From assembly GCA_964019335.1 (NCBI GenBank), contig OZ025693.1, forward strand, positions 248,001 to 312,000: a stretch of 64,000 nt of DNA, read 5' to 3'. A model generated the notes under the pieces. The model ran no database searches and was not told the origin of the DNA. It saw only the letters and a list, made by a program, of their open reading frames with translations. How positions within the stretch are numbered: position 1 is the first letter of the stretch; the number at the start of each line of letters is the position of its first letter. A program made the translations under genes and the position numbers. This document shows, piece after piece, positions 46,701 to 60,547 of this stretch. This DNA is from Diplonema japonicum. Lineage: Eukaryota > Protista > Euglenozoa: Diplonemea.

Positions 46701-49700
46701 CACCGCCGCAGCACGTGCCTCGTGGGATATGATGGTCTGCGTCTCTTTAACAGCTTCCGCCACATGCCCTTCAACAACAGACTGCAGCTTTTGCACAAAC
46801 GGCAACAAGAACAGAAACCTCACAGAGTGCAACGTGCAGCTCAGCTTATGCGTGTACATCCTGCTCTTAATGGACTCGTAGGTGAAGCTAATCACGCTCC
46901 CTTCCTCTGGCTTCGCCAAGCCGAGTACTTCCAAGCTCGTCTCCTCGTCGTGCACTTGCACATTGCCCAAATTCCCCATGACACTCATATGGCCATTCGC
47001 CTGCAGGCACTGCAACTTGCACTCCCCGACCTTCACCCTTGCCAATGTGCTTACCATGGTTTCCAGCAAGTTAATGTCGATGTGCGTGAGCTTCATTGTC
47101 AGCATGCCATGCTTCGTGCTTAGGTGCGGTCTCAAAAATGACTCGTTCCTGCTGAAGGATGGTGACTGTATCAAAGGGAGTGCCTCGTCGGGCTCCCGCG
47201 GTATAAGTTGCAAGAGTTCGTTCAACCTCTTGGGGAAGACGTGCAGCACGAGTGGAGCAAGAATCACCTCAACACGCGGTTTTGAGGGCGGTACTGACCA
47301 GACCTGGGTGACGAAAGTCGCCTTGGAGCCGTCCGCGGGTTTTAAGATATGCGTGGCCTCTCCTTCCCCTTGGAGATCCTTCACGGCAAGGACAGCCACC
47401 TCGATGGTGGCGTCTGTCTGCCCTGAGCCACGCTGGTTCTGAACGCGTGTCTGAATATTCTCCATGGACATTGAGACTGTCTCCTCGCCGTTGTTAGCTT
47501 CAAAGATGACGCACAGCGCAGGGCACGACGCGTCAATGCTGATCGTGCCTGCAGCCTCTTCTTCTTCATCCTCGAAGCTACTTCTCACAGACACCTGGTC
47601 CTCCTGCATCGGGTACAACGGGCTGCTCGGGATGTTGAGCTCGTTGATGTTTTTCTGCACGACGTCCTTTATAAACAACCATGCATTGGGACTGAGGTGG
47701 AGCGCGAACGAGGGAAGGGATGTTTTCAGCATCAGATCGGGAGTCTCGTCACAAATTACCACAACGCGGGAGACCGCCACCAACCCTGTGGTGTCCTTCA
47801 GCAGGACGGCACGCTTCTCTTGGTTGCACATCAGTGACAATGAAGTGAACTCCACATCAATGCAGTCCAGGATCCTGCCGTCCTGTTCTCTGATCGAACT
47901 GTTCACCGCGAGTCTCTCAAGTTGTAAGTTCAAGCAGTGCGCCGAGTCAAGCGCAGCAGGTATGACCACAGTGGGGTTGTCCCATGATATGTCAATCTTG
48001 CTCACAGTGCCCTTTTGAACGCTTTGTGTTGCAGCCCGTGCCGCGGACTCCTTACCCTTCTCCATGAGGCTGTGTATGGGGCTGTTCAGCACCAACGACG
48101 CTACCTCGTCCCAGAAGCGGTGTTTGTAAACAACACAGAAGCCGCCTATCCTGCCTTCAACATCGCTACTGTGGCGCACCGTCGTTCCAGGAGGAACGTA
48201 GTCTGTGTGAGAGCCTACACCGTGGTAGTTCGTGACTTGGAAGGACACGAGCTTCTCGGAACCAGCGGTGTCTAGAACCTGGATGTAACGGTCGTCTTCT
48301 TGAGCTGTTCGGGCATCTGTAGCGCACAGCCTAGCGAGGGACGTGTTAATGGTCGTCGACGTGGTTGTCTTCTCAAACTTCAAAAGCAGGTCGTGTGCAG
48401 AGCACAGCATCAGGTCGGTGGAATCCACAGCCAGCAGCATGGCTGAAACGCGTGCAATGTTGAAATTCAAGACGGTGCCTTCAGAGACTTGCTGCTTGGC
48501 GTTCTGGATTGCCTTGGAGTGCGTGGTGACAGAGGACATGACATTGACGCTTTCGGTGTTGTTGAAGAAGCAGAGCAACTCAGACCATGCGTCGGGCAGG
48601 ACAGTGAACAGCAGCGTGTTCAGCGACACGTCACCCTGTTTGATCTCACTGCTCTCTGTGCGTATGGACACAGCGAAGAAGTCGTCCTGTGCCTTGGCAT
48701 CACTACCACATTCAAGCAAAGGTTTGTTCGTGCTGTTGACGATGCTCAGTGCGTGCAGGGTCACGTCGACCTGCTTGTCGCCGTATGTGTCCGACTTGAT
48801 GTGTGGGTGCAACTGCTTCCCGTTGATACGGTGCGCAGGGAGCTGGATGTTGATGTCCTCGAAGCAAAGGTCAATGTCCTTCGGTTCATGGTGCGTGGTT
48901 ACCACAGGTGGCACGCCGAGAAGGTTCAAGCAAAACACAGACAGCACAGCAACATAGTCGGCCTGCGTCAGGTTGATGGAGAGGGAGGGTGCGTGGAGCT
49001 TCACGCGCAACCCTGCTGCCTTCTGCGGCTCACCTTCGATGCTCAACAAGCTAGAGATAACTAACTCAAAACTCGTTTCCTGCAGCACGTTGGGAGTAGT
49101 GTCTGAGAGGATGCGGATGCCGGTGTAGTTCATAAATATCTCATTCCACACAACAGATTCGTCAGCTGTGTTGGTCTCGAAACGCATGTCGGTGTTTAAA
49201 ACCAGAGAACCAAGGTGCACCTTCAACGACCCGAGCTGTGAAGGCTCCTCAGGCAGGTAAGCTAGTGGGTCGTGGAGCTTCAGAGACACTTTGGGCGGTC
49301 CTGAAGGCGGCGGAGGTGAGTGGAGGAACATATCGCTCACACAGAGCAACCGGTGCACGTGCCCTGCTTTGAAGAAATCGAGCATCGCATCGAACTGCGG
49401 GAAGTAAAAAACGATGCACGGTTGCCAAGCTTCAATCGACAGCAGCGCAGCCCACGTGCTGTGGGTGCCATCGTCCCCCGGAGTGTCAACCTTGATGGTC
49501 AAGGGGTTCGATGGGTTGTTGTAGGACACAACCTGCTGCGTCGCCAGAGGCTGGTAGAGGTCACGCAGCTCCGCTTCTTCCAAGTACGTCTCGACGTTCA
49601 TTCCAACAGTGTAGCTGGTTATAGTCACATTCGCCCCGATTCCTGCAATGAGCAGGCGGTCTCTATCTTCGTCAAGCACGAGCAACCGTGCTTGCTTCAT

Positions 49701-52514
49701 CATAATCTTCACGACCGCTTCAGGCGCGCCTCTGTTCAGAACCTCCATGACAGCAGGTGCCTCACGTGTTGCTTTGTCAAATTCGTTCAAGGATCTCCAT
49801 ATGAACTCTACGCAATGCACGAGCGGGTTGCCAACAGCAACGTCTAGCAGGTCGAAGCGACACACAATCGAAACAGGTTGGAAGTCCTCTTTGAGGATGA
49901 CAATGCCCACAGGTACCCCTGTCCCTGCTCCTGCCCCGTATGATGTTTTGATGAAGGTAACATTGTCCTCAACGAGAGCAGTCGTTGCGTGGATGTCGCT
50001 TGTGTCGACAGCGATGTGCGACCTGCTGTCGGAGAGCGTCGCCGTGATGACAGTGCCCGAGGCAGAGACGATGCAGGGCACCGTCTCGTCCTCCACACGG
50101 ACGACAACACTCTTCAGAGTGAACGTCAGTTTGTTCGTAAGAACAGGCGCGGGGGCTATCTTCAGTGAGGTTGTCATTGACTGGTCGGCCAGTGTCTCGT
50201 CCCAAGATTCGCTCTCTTTCTCTTCTACTGCCGTTCGCTCGAACGCTTTACACAGAAGCCCTACCACCCGGACATCCTTTAAGCTCGCAGCTACTTCAAC
50301 CTCCTCGCAAATGCACTCCACAGTGACGTACGGGGTAGAAGGCTTGGGAACATGCGCCCTTCTGGCAGTGCCTTGTATGGCAACAGGTTTTAGAAGATAC
50401 CTCTTTGAAGGGGATTTTGTGAGGTAGTCCTTTATATGCCCGACGGTGATGTAAGCTGAGTCGAAGTTCAAGAGGAATGTGTCAGAGGTGACATGGCTGG
50501 GCTGCAGCATGCTGGTGTCGCTCAAGACAAGCCTGCCGCAAGAGACAAGCACCATGGGTGCCATCTCAGACGTCGTGTCGTCCATCAGAATGAGGTTCGG
50601 TGCCACGATATCTGTAGAGAGCGCCCAGTGTTTCTTGTTCACCTCCTTTAGCTCCGCCTTGGCGTACTTCAAGGCTGTCCTTCCGAGGTTTTTAACGAGC
50701 CTCAGCTCGCTCCGCATAGGTGGGATGAGGAACTCCTTTAGTGAGAACAAGGCCTGGGGGTCGCAGAAAAACGTCATTGGGGCTAGATCCGAATGCACTG
50801 CCAGGTCGAGCTCTGGTCTATCAGCAGGCCGCTGCTCCACTCGAAGCTTCAGCAGCGGCATGTTGTTTGCGTTGTTACTCTGCACCAGGTGCGGGAACAC
50901 AGCGTCCCTCGAAGGAATCTTCACTTCGAACGAATGCAAGGAGATGTCTGCCTTGACCCCTCGTTCCCTGCCAGCGGTTGTCAGCTCGAAGTTGTTGAAG
51001 GCGCCCTTTACGTCGCCCAAACTCTCCACCCCTGTGAGGGTTAAACTGCACCCGGTCATTGTCAGTGTTAGTTGCCATAGTACAGCATTAGCGTCGATCG
51101 GAAGCTCGTCGGTTTCTTCTTTATCGGTGTCGGCTTTAGAGTCGTCAGGGGTGGGGGAAGGGGTGGGGTTTTGCTGTCGTTTGTTCCGCCAGCTCAGTAA
51201 GGTCCCTCCCTTTTTCGGGGAGGTGGTTTTCGATCTATTATATACGGAAGCACGGCACGCCTTGATGGTGGCTAGAGGAAGGCAGGTCTGCAGCATGTCG
51301 TAGCTAGCCTGGTCCGCTTCGGACAGCGGGTCGTCAGAAATAAGTTTGCTGTGAAGAACTTCATAGCGTTCGATGTCAACTGGCAACGGGGATGGTGCCG
51401 GGTAATCAGTCTCGGTGGGGTCTGTACCGGACATAACGGAACAGATAGCATACCGCCACCATGCAGCGGCGTCGGCGGTGTAACCAGTGTTCTGCCGCCG
51501 TCGCTGCACATCAGGATTACGACCGAGCGTGGGACGGCAGAATGGAGGCGGGCGGACGGACAACTGGTAAGGTTCAAACCCGTGCTTCACCTCCATGGCG
51601 ACATCGATCAACGCCGAGTACTGCTCACGCGTGAATGACAAATCAATGCTAGAAAGATGCACCGACGACGCAACCGGAGGAAGAGACCCCCGGTACCTTT
51701 GCATATCTATCCTAACACCACACGTCACCGGTTGCAAAACAACGCTCGACTCATCAGGTTTGTCAAAGTTCACAACACCATGCCCCTGCGCCAATATGGC
51801 TCTGTTGCGAGGCGAGCTTGTACAGTCATTGACAGGCAAGACAGGTATAATGTAGAAGGAAAGATCCTGGACATGAAGCAGACGGTATATCCGAGGATCC
51901 TCCGGGTTCAGCTGAAATTTCTCAGCCCAATCCTTCCCTGTTGTGGCAAGCCCAACGCTCCGCATAGTAACTCCCATTGCCTTCCCGGTGTATGGTTGTG
52001 AGATGCAGTCTTCGTACCGAAGGTGTACGTTATTCACGACGATTTTGAGGTTTTCCAAAATGGCGCCTTTTAGTTTGGCGATCCAGCCTGACGATGTAGA
52101 GGTTGTTTGGTCAGAGATGCGGGAGGCCTCCCATGCTGCGAGGTTGGCTTGTTTTCTGCGTTGAGCAACCTCGACACCACTCCATTTCTTTCCTTTCAGA
52201 GGGAGTACCAAGCCTTTAACCCCTTCCAGTGTTACCACCACGGACTCTTTTTTCAGGGATGACCAGGGGACCTTGAGGTGTAGGCTGGTGACATTGCCCC
52301 ACATTAGGGCCCATGGCATTCCTAGTCCGTCTTGTAGGAGGCCGTCGACAGCTTCGGCCTTCAGCCTCACGTTGTGGATGACAAGGTCGCCTTGCCATAG
52401 TTTTAGTTTAACTTGTTTTTTATCGAGCCCGTCTAAGTATTGTCCAAGGTATTCCAAAATAAACGCGGTTACTCTTCCCTTGATGTCTGGGAGGACTTTG
52501 TCAAAGATTCCCAT
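40761..52514 (-). CDS. VPS13: VPS13-family lipid transfer protein (~3900 aa) ending in two dysferlin (DysF/Pex24-like) domains
   Basis: Chorein N-terminus (LEYLGQYL...LWQGDLVI...VHLRYED), VAB-like repeats, Gly-rich C-terminal region GLVGAVAKPVSG. Intron 41196-41246 joins a last exon with a second ENQ..W...GW.Y....R.R.W.R domain. Confidence 0.92.
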
Positions 52515-52983
52515 TTTTTTTTTCCTTTTTTTTTTTCAAGCAGTGTGTTGCATTGTGGATTTTTTTTTCTCTCCTTGTGCTGTGTTTTTTTTTTGGGGGG
52601 GCAGAGAAACAAAAAAAAAAATTAAAGTGGGGAGAACAAAAAACAAACTACACATCGAGGGATATTTTGCGACAAAAGAAAAAAAGAAAAGAAAAAGAGT
52701 TGACTTGTTATGCTTGTGTTGTTGCAAAATCGGTTTTTTTTTTTTTTTTTTTTTTTCCTTTGTAAGGTATTCCCGAGTGCTACCTTCTACTCTTCTTTTC
52801 TTTTTCTTTTAAAGGGAGAAACAAAAAAAAAGGCTAAGTGAACGGGGGGGGGGAAAAAAGAGGGTGTTTTCTAGTTCTGTTTTTTTCCCTTTTCGTTCTC
52901 GTGACTTGAGATTATGTCTTTTATTAATTCAAAAAAATTTTTAAAGGAAGAAGGGCGTGGGAGGAAACCTACCTTTTTTTTTT

Positions 52984-53016
<33 letters not shown>

Positions 53017-53072
53017 TAGGGAAGGACCACTACCAAGTTTCCTCCTCTCTTTCATTCTTTTTTCTTCTTCTT

Positions 53073-53109
<37 letters not shown>

Positions 53110-53837
53110 CTTCCTGCTCAGTTAGCTCCAGCAACGATAAATATTAGAATGTTGTTGCTTAGTGAGCACTTGGGCACTTTGCAAGATGAAAGGTGGAAGA
53201 AAATAGAGAAATAAAGAAAAGGGGTGGGGGGAAAAAAGAAATAAAGAGAGAAAGAAACATGAAGGTAATCCACGGAAACAAGAGTTCAAAAAAAAAAAAA
53301 AAAAAAAGAGAAGACGGGAAGAAATGGGGGGAGAGAGGAAATAGAAACAAACCTATCGTTTCTTCCTTCCCACACTCCTCCTCACTCCGCTCCCTAAAGA
53401 GGATTTTTTTTTTTCTTCTTTTTTTTTTTTTTTTGTGAGACAGGATTTTCAAATGGACTACTGTCACACCCATTTTCCCCCACTCCGCAATTCTTGATCT
53501 TTCCAGAAAAAAAAGGAGAGGACATGATGCCTTATTGTTTCTCTTCTTACATGATAAAAGTAAGGAGGAGGGGGGAAATATAGTTGTTGTTTTTTTTTTT
53601 TTTTTACAGACCATTTTTTCTTAACTGTCTTCCGAACTAAGATGTCGAAAAAAAGAAGAAAATAAAAGAGGGAAACATAAAAAAAGGGGGAGGTGGGAAC
53701 ACAATAATTGAAACGCGAAATAGCAAAGCTTTATCTTCCCTTTCTGTCTCTTGGGAAATTTTATAGCTTTTCGTTCTTTGAATAAGAAATAAAACAAAAT
53801 GAAAATTGCACGCGCTATGACTCATAAGCATGTACCT

Positions 53838-55387
53838 CTAGCAGGTACCCTGCTGCTTCCCGGGACCCCAGTAGTCAGGGCCCTCACCAGGGATCCACGA
53901 GGGGCACTTCTCGGCCATGTGGCTGTAGACAGGTGCCTCGTTGTAGTTGTTGAAGTTCAGGGTGTAGGGACCCACAAGCTGGCAGTTCTGGTTCTCAGGG
54001 TCGCTGGTCTGGCAGATCTCAGGCCTCCCGGAGTTCATCTTCGTCTTGTCGAAGATGTTCAGGTCGTAGTCGTCCAGGTTGGTCAGCTCACCGCAGTTCA
54101 CAGTGTCGTTGCCGAACAGGCCACCAGCCTTCCACATGCTGCACACGAACACACAGCACACCATGGACCTCCCCTTCACAGGCTTCCCGTAACGGGTTGT
54201 GTCGTAGATCCACGAGTCCTGCTCCACAATGGTGGGGATCACGTCAGACGACATGTTCAGCTGCGTCTCGGCGTACATGAACATCTCGGCGGCAGTCAGC
54301 CCGGTCGTTCCAAGCCTCTTGTTCCATGCCTCCTCGTACAGAAGCTGGCCAACGGAGGGCACAATGTAGGCGGCGATGGGGAACAGGATCTCGATGTGGT
54401 TCCACTCCAAGCAGGCCTCGAAGTCAGGGGGAAGGCAGGGGTAGTTGTTCTTCACAGTGTCGATCCACCCCCAGAGCATGGTGTGGTACCCGTACTGGAG
54501 ACCCTCGCTCTTGTAGAAGTGGTCCCACATGGCGGTCACGTTCAACTTGGCACGCTGGGCAGGGTCAAGAGGGGCCCACACAGCGTTGTAACCAGCCGCC
54601 TTCGCCTGCTGGATCCATATGTTGTAGGGAGTGCGCTGGATTCCGTTCACAGGCCAGTACGAGGAGTTCGTGGTGCTCTCAGTGATCCAAAGCTCGTTGT
54701 TCGCGTCCCTCATGGCAACAGTGGTGTGCCCGGTGGTGGAGCCCATGGCCCACCCAAGCATGGGGTCAAGACCATCAAGACGGATCACACCGATGAAGTC
54801 ACCAGTCTGGATGAGGTCGGGGTTCACACCAGTGATGCCGGTGTTCTTCCTGGGCTCCATGAAGGGCTTGATCCTCTGGTAGTTGCTCAGGAAGTAGATG
54901 TTCTCCTCCATCACCTTCTGGTCGGGGAAGTCAGGGTAGTGACCGGCCTCAGGCTGAAGGAAGAGCTGCACGGTGTCGAGAAGGTCGACCATGGTTTGCA
55001 CCTCATCGTGGATGAAGGCGAAAACCCTGATACCCTTCTTGTTCAGGTCGTAGTCGACAGCGGTGGTGGCCCTCTGTGCCTTCCACACGATGGTGTGGCT
55101 GGGCTCCTCGTGCGAGAGCTTCATGAAGTGAGCCCCGTCAACAGTGGCGAGCATGTAGAAGTCACCAGTGTGGAGCACAGAGCACTCGGTGGCGTTGAAG
55201 GAGATGGTGATCTCGGTGTGCTGCTCGTTCCACACAGCCCTGGCCATGTTGTTCTTGCACCCCTTTCCAGTCCAGGTGGCGGTGGCGCCGTTGGGCATCA
55301 CGGACGTCTTGAAAGGGGGCAGGAAGCCCCAGTAGGGGTAGGCCTGCTCACCAAGAGGGTGGAAGGGTTCGCCTTCCTTCCTCACCT

Positions 55388-55429
<42 letters not shown>

Positions 55430-56025
55430 TGGTCAAAAGGAGGCATAAATGAAAATGTTGTGTGTAAGAGTAGAAGAAAGGTCCCATCAGAAGAATTTAC
55501 GAACAGAGGAATGAAAGGTTTGAATCAAGCCAGAAAGGTCATGCAACTGGTAATCAATGTGTCATCAAGTGGGTGGGGGGGGGGGGGGGAAAAGCAAAAG
55601 AAAAAATGTGAGTGAGAAACAAAAACAAAGAAAAAGGTACAAACCTTCCTGAGAGCAGAGTTGTGCCTCTCAGCAGTGGCCTTCGCCTTCTTCACGAATG
55701 AGTCGACGTTCTCGCTCTTCCCAAGGCTCTCCAGGTCCTCCGCAAGGGACACGGTGTCGATCCCAGAGGCACGGCCCATCCACGACAGGATCCTGTAGAT
55801 GGAAGGGATGTCCTTCAGCTGCTCAGAGGCCCACGAGGCAACCCTCTTCACAACCTTCAAACGAAGAGTGTGGAACTCCTCCTTCCCGGTGAAGGGCTCC
55901 CCGCCCTCCTCCATCCACGAAACGAACTTCTTGTCCCAGTCCCCACCAGAGGCTTGGAACATGGGGGCCTCCAAGAGGGCAGCCGAGCTGGCCCCGATAA
56001 GGGCGAGAAGGATGAGTTGTCTCAT
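53838..56025 (-). CDS. Secreted permuted papain-like (NlpC/P60-type) protein, copy 1; intron 55386-55644; 642 aa
   Basis: Signal peptide MRQLILLALIGASSA; IQTGD..., GHTTV (His), ES, and downstream VCCVFVCSMWKAGG (Cys), i.e. the His-before-Cys permuted order. The 381-nt exon 1 and 1548-nt exon 2 splice in frame. Confidence 0.75.
55483..55573 (-). ncRNA. Candidate intronic box C/D snoRNA, copy 1
   Basis: Minus strand CCCA-CT-TGATGA...CTGA-TGGG: box C 55567-55562, box D 55490-55487, 4-bp terminal stem; conserved in all three paralogous introns. Confidence 0.55.
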
Positions 56026-56882
56026 TATTTATATGATACCTTTGAAAATACTGAGGTGCAGTGAATAGATAAAAGGAAAGGAACAAAGCAGAATTGGCCT
56101 AAGCAACAGAATAGAACGCTTTGGGTGAAAGCCTGGGCTGAGCCATCTAACGGTGCTAACAGCTCCACAGGTGGGCAACATCAGCTTTCTGGCCCATGTC
56201 TTCAAAACTTCTTGTAACTAGGCAGGCACGTGGTTAGTGAAAGCCAACTTCGGTAAAGGTGATATCATTGTGTTGCACGTCCACACGAGGGTTCAATAAG
56301 GCCACACGCGGTATTCGGGAGGCTGCACAGTTCACAGACGTAGCAACAGAGAATAGATCGGATAAAACGTTATTTTCTTTCTTTTTTTTTCTTTTTCTTT
56401 TCTTATTTTCGGTTTCTTTCTCTTTGAGTGTGGAGAACACATGAGGTGGCTGTTTCTTCCTCTCATAAATTCTTGTGACTCGAGGTGTGTAGGCTTTTTT
56501 TTTTAAAAAAAGCTACATTATAAACAAGGAAAGACACCAAACCAAACTACCTCCCCTATTTATTTCTTTTTTTTTTTCCTTTCCATTTTCTCTTTTTAAA
56601 TTCTTCTCTCACTGCTCAGGTGCCCACCCCCCCACACCGACAATGTACAATGAATAATGGCATGCTGCTGGGAAACGAGGGGCTGGGCAACACTGACTAT
56701 ATTAGAAAGAACCTCACATGACGAAAGACAAGTAAATAAAGAGAAATGAGAAAGGTACGGGGGAGGGGGAAAAAAAGAAAAATGAATGGGGAAATACATG
56801 GAAACAAAAATCTTTATTGAGACAAAAAGAAAGAACACTTTCGAAACGGATCATTCTAAATTGTCCCATGAAATATATTTAA

Positions 56883-58640
56883 CCCATAACACTCCGGGGC
56901 CTATCTACATAGGGGTCCCTTTTTTGCTCCTTTTCATAATTTGAGGGGGAAAATGGCAGCATTCAACCCCCGTTTGCAGGTAAAACGGGTTTTTTGGACC
57001 AGGATAATTAAAAAAAAAGTTCAAAACTTAATAAAAATACAAAGGGGATGAAGAGTTGAATGGCCGTAGGGTGCTCAAAAACGACCATGTCAAAATGGGT
57101 TGTGCACGGGGGGGTGTAAATTGAGCATCTTGGGACAAAAAAGGCAGCATCAGGACCCCTCAGATGTCTCAGACCGAGAGAAGTGCCTATTTGCGGGTGG
57201 AATATCGGCCTCGAAATCGTCAAGAGGCCTTTTTGGGGTGATGGAAGAGTGGTACGAAAAAAGCAAGAGGTGTTGGTTTCAGGTGTAGCATTTGTAGATT
57301 GTGCGTTTTGTGCATTCTTTCAACCTGCAGACCCTGGAGGTGCCCTCTTTGAGTGGCTAGCGGTCACGTTTGGTGTAATCTGGGGTATCGGGTGTGTGTG
57401 CACCACTAGATGGGTGCCGGGAGTGGTGCTTTTGCAACGCTGGACCCATCAATTAGGCTCTCTCGAAAGCGCTCTTTAAAGCAGCCAGGGTTGTGTATCT
57501 CTTTGGCATCCCTGAACCATATTTTATTTGAAGTGCATGGCAGTTAACTATTGTCACTTCTAGGGTCCACCAGAAGAGTCCGCAACACCCAACGAAATGC
57601 AAGCCCCTCACAGTTCTTTCACAGGGCTTCGGCCAGACCCACAGTCAAAAAGTAGCTATCGCAAACTACCGTGTTGTCATTTCCCCGGAAAGGCTCTGTT
57701 AACCCCAGCCCCGCTTTTTCCACAACACTGAAATCTTCAAGTGCGTGCCCCTCGATTTTGGTGGCGTGGATGTGAAAACGCAAAAGATAACCCGTGCTCG
57801 CGCAGTTTAGGCAGTAGATTTTTATGCCATATCTTTTACGCTTGAAAGGACAGTAGACCCGCAGCCCCCAATTGCCCCGTGAAGGTACGAGTGTCTCGTC
57901 AATGCTTAATTATTTTCCTGGCACTGCTGCATTTGCCCACTTGTCACTAATTCTGTCCAGAAACCCTCGTATCTTCACAACACATCACCGTTTGACTCTT
58001 CTGTGTGAGTGAAGTGGAGGCTACTTTTGATTTCCCAGTAGCGTCTCCTGGGCTTCGTGTTACTGAAAAGGGGGATTTTGTGGACCAATACGACTGCTGA
58101 TTCTGGGCACGCCGTAAACCCATCGCAATGCTCAATCCGAGTAAGCGGTAGAGTCCTGGGTCGAAATTTTATCAATCTCAGCGTCCTTTTGCTTGTTTGT
58201 CTCTTCTTGGATGACGTCTGTTAGCTTCTTATAAAACCGAAGGAATAACCATTTTGCGTCGTCAGGTTTCTGCGTACCACGGGACAGCTTTTTTTCTCCC
58301 CACTGGCCTATTTTATGGTCTCTATGGGTACCAACTCCCTTACCCATGAAGGTTGGACCTCGTCCGTAGCTGTTTTGGCTTTACCTTTGCGTTTTTTGGG
58401 AACAATTTGGGCACAGTATGCACACCCGTTTTTGCGTTTTTAGCCTATCTACTCGGATTTGGGACCCACTTGGTGGGTGGATAACAAGGTAAAGTGATGC
58501 AGCGCAGCATGAATTGCAGTTAAAAATAACTCCTCACTATAGTCGTTCTTGGAGACCAGGGGTCGTGGGGACGAAAAAGTACTTAGAGAAAAAAACGATT
58601 TTTCAAAACGACAAATATTTGCGCCTTGGAGTGTTATGGG
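56883..58640 (-). mobile_element. Decayed piggyBac transposon
   Basis: TIR CCCATAACACTCC at 56883 and its inverse ending at 58640; TTAA on the left, TTTAA on the right; internal frameshifted transposase. Confidence 0.88.
57600..58347 (-). pseudogene. piggyBac transposase remnant
   Basis: Hand translation gives VIQEETN, IAMGL...SYWS, RRYWEIKSSLHF, SIDETLVPSRG...PFKRKRYGIKIYCL...GYLLRF and VCDSYF across frameshifts and stops. Confidence 0.82.
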
Positions 58641-58956
58641 TTTAAAAAAAAAGGAAGCAAAGAAGATTTAAATTTATTCTACATATCTCCCAACCTGTTA
58701 AGCCCGATCAGCGTTTTCGCAGTAGTGACTAGTGATGTGCACTTCTCTACGAACCTCAAGAGCCTTCGGTAAGTTGAGCTTCTTCCGAATAGTTCTTGAA
58801 AAGCTTTTCAACCCCACCTCCTCGGACTTTGCTCGACAGGTTTTAGAGGTATGCAGCATAACATTTAAAAAAAAGGTGGGAACACAATTTTCGAACAAAA
58901 AATAAACAAAATGAAAATTGCACGCGCTATAACTTAAAAAAAAAAAGCATGTACCT

Positions 58957-60506
58957 CTAGCAGGTACCCTGCTGCTTCCCGGGACCCCAGTAGTCAGGGC
59001 CCTCACCAGGGATCCACGAGGGGCACTTCTCGGCCATGTGGCTGTAGACAGGTGCCTCGTTGTAGTTGTTGAAGTTCAGGGTGTAGGGACCCACAAGCTG
59101 GCAGTTCTGGTTCTCAGGGTCGCTGGTCTGGCAGATCTCAGGCCTCCCGGAGTTCATCTTCGTCTTGTCGAAGATGTTCAGGTCGTAGTCGTCCAGGTTG
59201 GTCAGCTCACCGCAGTTCACAGTGTCGTTGCCGAACAGGCCACCAGCCTTCCACATGCTGCACACGAACACACAGCACACCATGGACCTCCCCTTCACAG
59301 GCTTCCCGTAACGGGTTGTGTCGTAGATCCACGAGTCCTGCTCCACAATGGTGGGGATCACGTCAGACGACATGTTCAGCTGCGTCTCGGCGTACATGAA
59401 CATCTCGGCGGCAGTCAGCCCGGTCGTTCCAAGCCTCTTGTTCCATGCCTCCTCGTACAGAAGCTGGCCAACGGAGGGCACAATGTAGGCGACCTGCGGG
59501 AACAGAACCTCGAGGATGTTCCAAGTCAAGCAGGCCTCGAAGTCAGGGGGAAGGCAGGGGTAGTTGTTCTTCACAGTGTCGATCCACCCCCAGAGCATGT
59601 TGTGGTACCCGTACTGGAGACCCTCGCTCTTGTAGAAGTGGTCCCACATGGCGGTCACGTTCAACTTGGCACGCTGGGCAGGGTCAAGAGGGGCCCACAC
59701 AGCGTTGTAACCAGCCGCCTTCGCCTGCTGGATCCATATGTTGTAGGGAGTGCGCTGGATTCCGTTCACAGGCCAGTACGAGGAGTTCGTGGTGCTCTCA
59801 GTGATCCAAAGCTCGTTGTTCGCGTCCCTCATGGCAACAGTGGTGTGCCCGGTGGTGGAGCCCATGGCCCACCCAAGCATGGGGTCAAGACCATCAAGAC
59901 GGATCACACCGATGAAGTCACCAGTCTGGATGAGGTCGGGGTTCACACCAGTGATGCCGGTGTTCTTCCTGGGCTCCATGAAGGGCTTGATCCTCTGGTA
60001 GTTGCTCAGGAAGTAGATGTTCTCCTCCATCACCTTCTGGTCGGGGAAGTCAGGGTAGTGACCGGCCTCAGGCTGAAGGAAGAGCTGCACGGTGTCGAGA
60101 AGGTCGACCATGGTTTGCACCTCATCGTGGATGAAGGCGAAAACCCTGATACCCTTCTTGTTCAGGTCGTAGTCGACAGCGGTGGTGGCCCTCTGTGCCT
60201 TCCACACGATGGTGTGGCTGGGCTCCTCGTGCGAGAGCTTCATGAAGTGAGCCCCGTCAACAGTGGCGAGCATGTAGAAGTCACCAGTGTGGAGCACAGA
60301 GCACTCGGTGGCGTTGAAGGAGATGGTGATCTCGGTGTGCTGCTCGTTCCACACAGCCCTGGCCATGTTGTTCTTGCACCCCTTTCCAGTCCAGGTGGCG
60401 GTGGCGCCGTTGGGCATCACGGACGTCTTGAAAGGGGGCAGGAAGCCCCAGTAGGGGTAGGCCTGCTCACCAAGAGGGTGGAAGGGTTCGCCTTCCTTCC
60501 TCACCT

Positions 60507-60547
<41 letters not shown>

